Part shown: piece by piece, positions 63,961 through 64,000 of the stretch | Layout of the letters: every line of letters begins with the position of its first letter | Position numbering within the stretch: the stretch's first letter is position 1 | Origin: an uncultured Chloroflexia bacterium | GTDB taxonomy: Bacteria; Chloroflexota; Chloroflexia; Thermomicrobiales; UBA6265 | Direction: 5' to 3' | Assembly (NCBI GenBank): GCA_963724295.1 | Contig: CAVRUC010000008.1 | Location: 128,001 to 192,000 of the forward strand | Length of the DNA stretch: 64,000 nucleotides | Made by a program: the position numbers and the translations under genes | The notes under the pieces: generated by a model | Told to the model about the DNA's origin: nothing | Database searches by the model: none | Seen by the model: the letters and a program-made list of their open reading frames with translations, nothing else

Positions 63961-64000
63961 ATGAAGACCCTGCTCGTTCTGCGCCACGCCAAGACCCAGT
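63961..64000 (+). CDS. Histidine phosphatase (SixA-like), 3'-truncated by the window edge
   Basis: AGGAG RBS; MKTLLVLRHAK. Confidence 0.75.
   Translation, partial: MKTLLVLRHAKTQ

Overview
High-GC bacterial chromosomal segment. The gene complement (Tat-like Cys-rich proteins, adenylate-cyclase/XRE-STAND-TPR proteins, an LPxTG protein, many ABC solute-binding proteins) suggests Chloroflexota, probably Thermomicrobiales; this is inference only. In order, the window holds: a GT4/SDR/HddA/GmhA heptose operon, a subtilisin, a DCC-family thiol-disulfide oxidoreductase, an HTTM protein, an LPDTG surface protein, a matrixin-type protease and a PAS kinase/LuxR pair. A ~20 kb accessory region follows, punctuated by four radC remnants downstream of an intact radC. 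After it come ferritin, PPK2, GH51, a dipeptidase, two peptide ABC cassettes, MBL-rhodanese, cupin, barstar, a PQQ sugar dehydrogenase and a GH2-GT-glf-GH1 cluster. At least 8 genes carry single-base frameshifts, most likely long-read indel errors. Two highlights: (1) a gene the ORF track catches only in part, 5425-5790, in which both cysteines of the DCC 'DGxCxxC' motif are in-frame TGA codons (DGG-U-DF-U) followed by a bacterial SECIS-like hairpin, i.e. a candidate double-selenocysteine (UxxU) oxidoreductase next to an HTTM partner; (2) an integrase-free, radC-anchored serial gene-accretion array (16.9-38.1 kb). No rRNA, tRNA, CRISPR array, integrase or intact transposase was seen.
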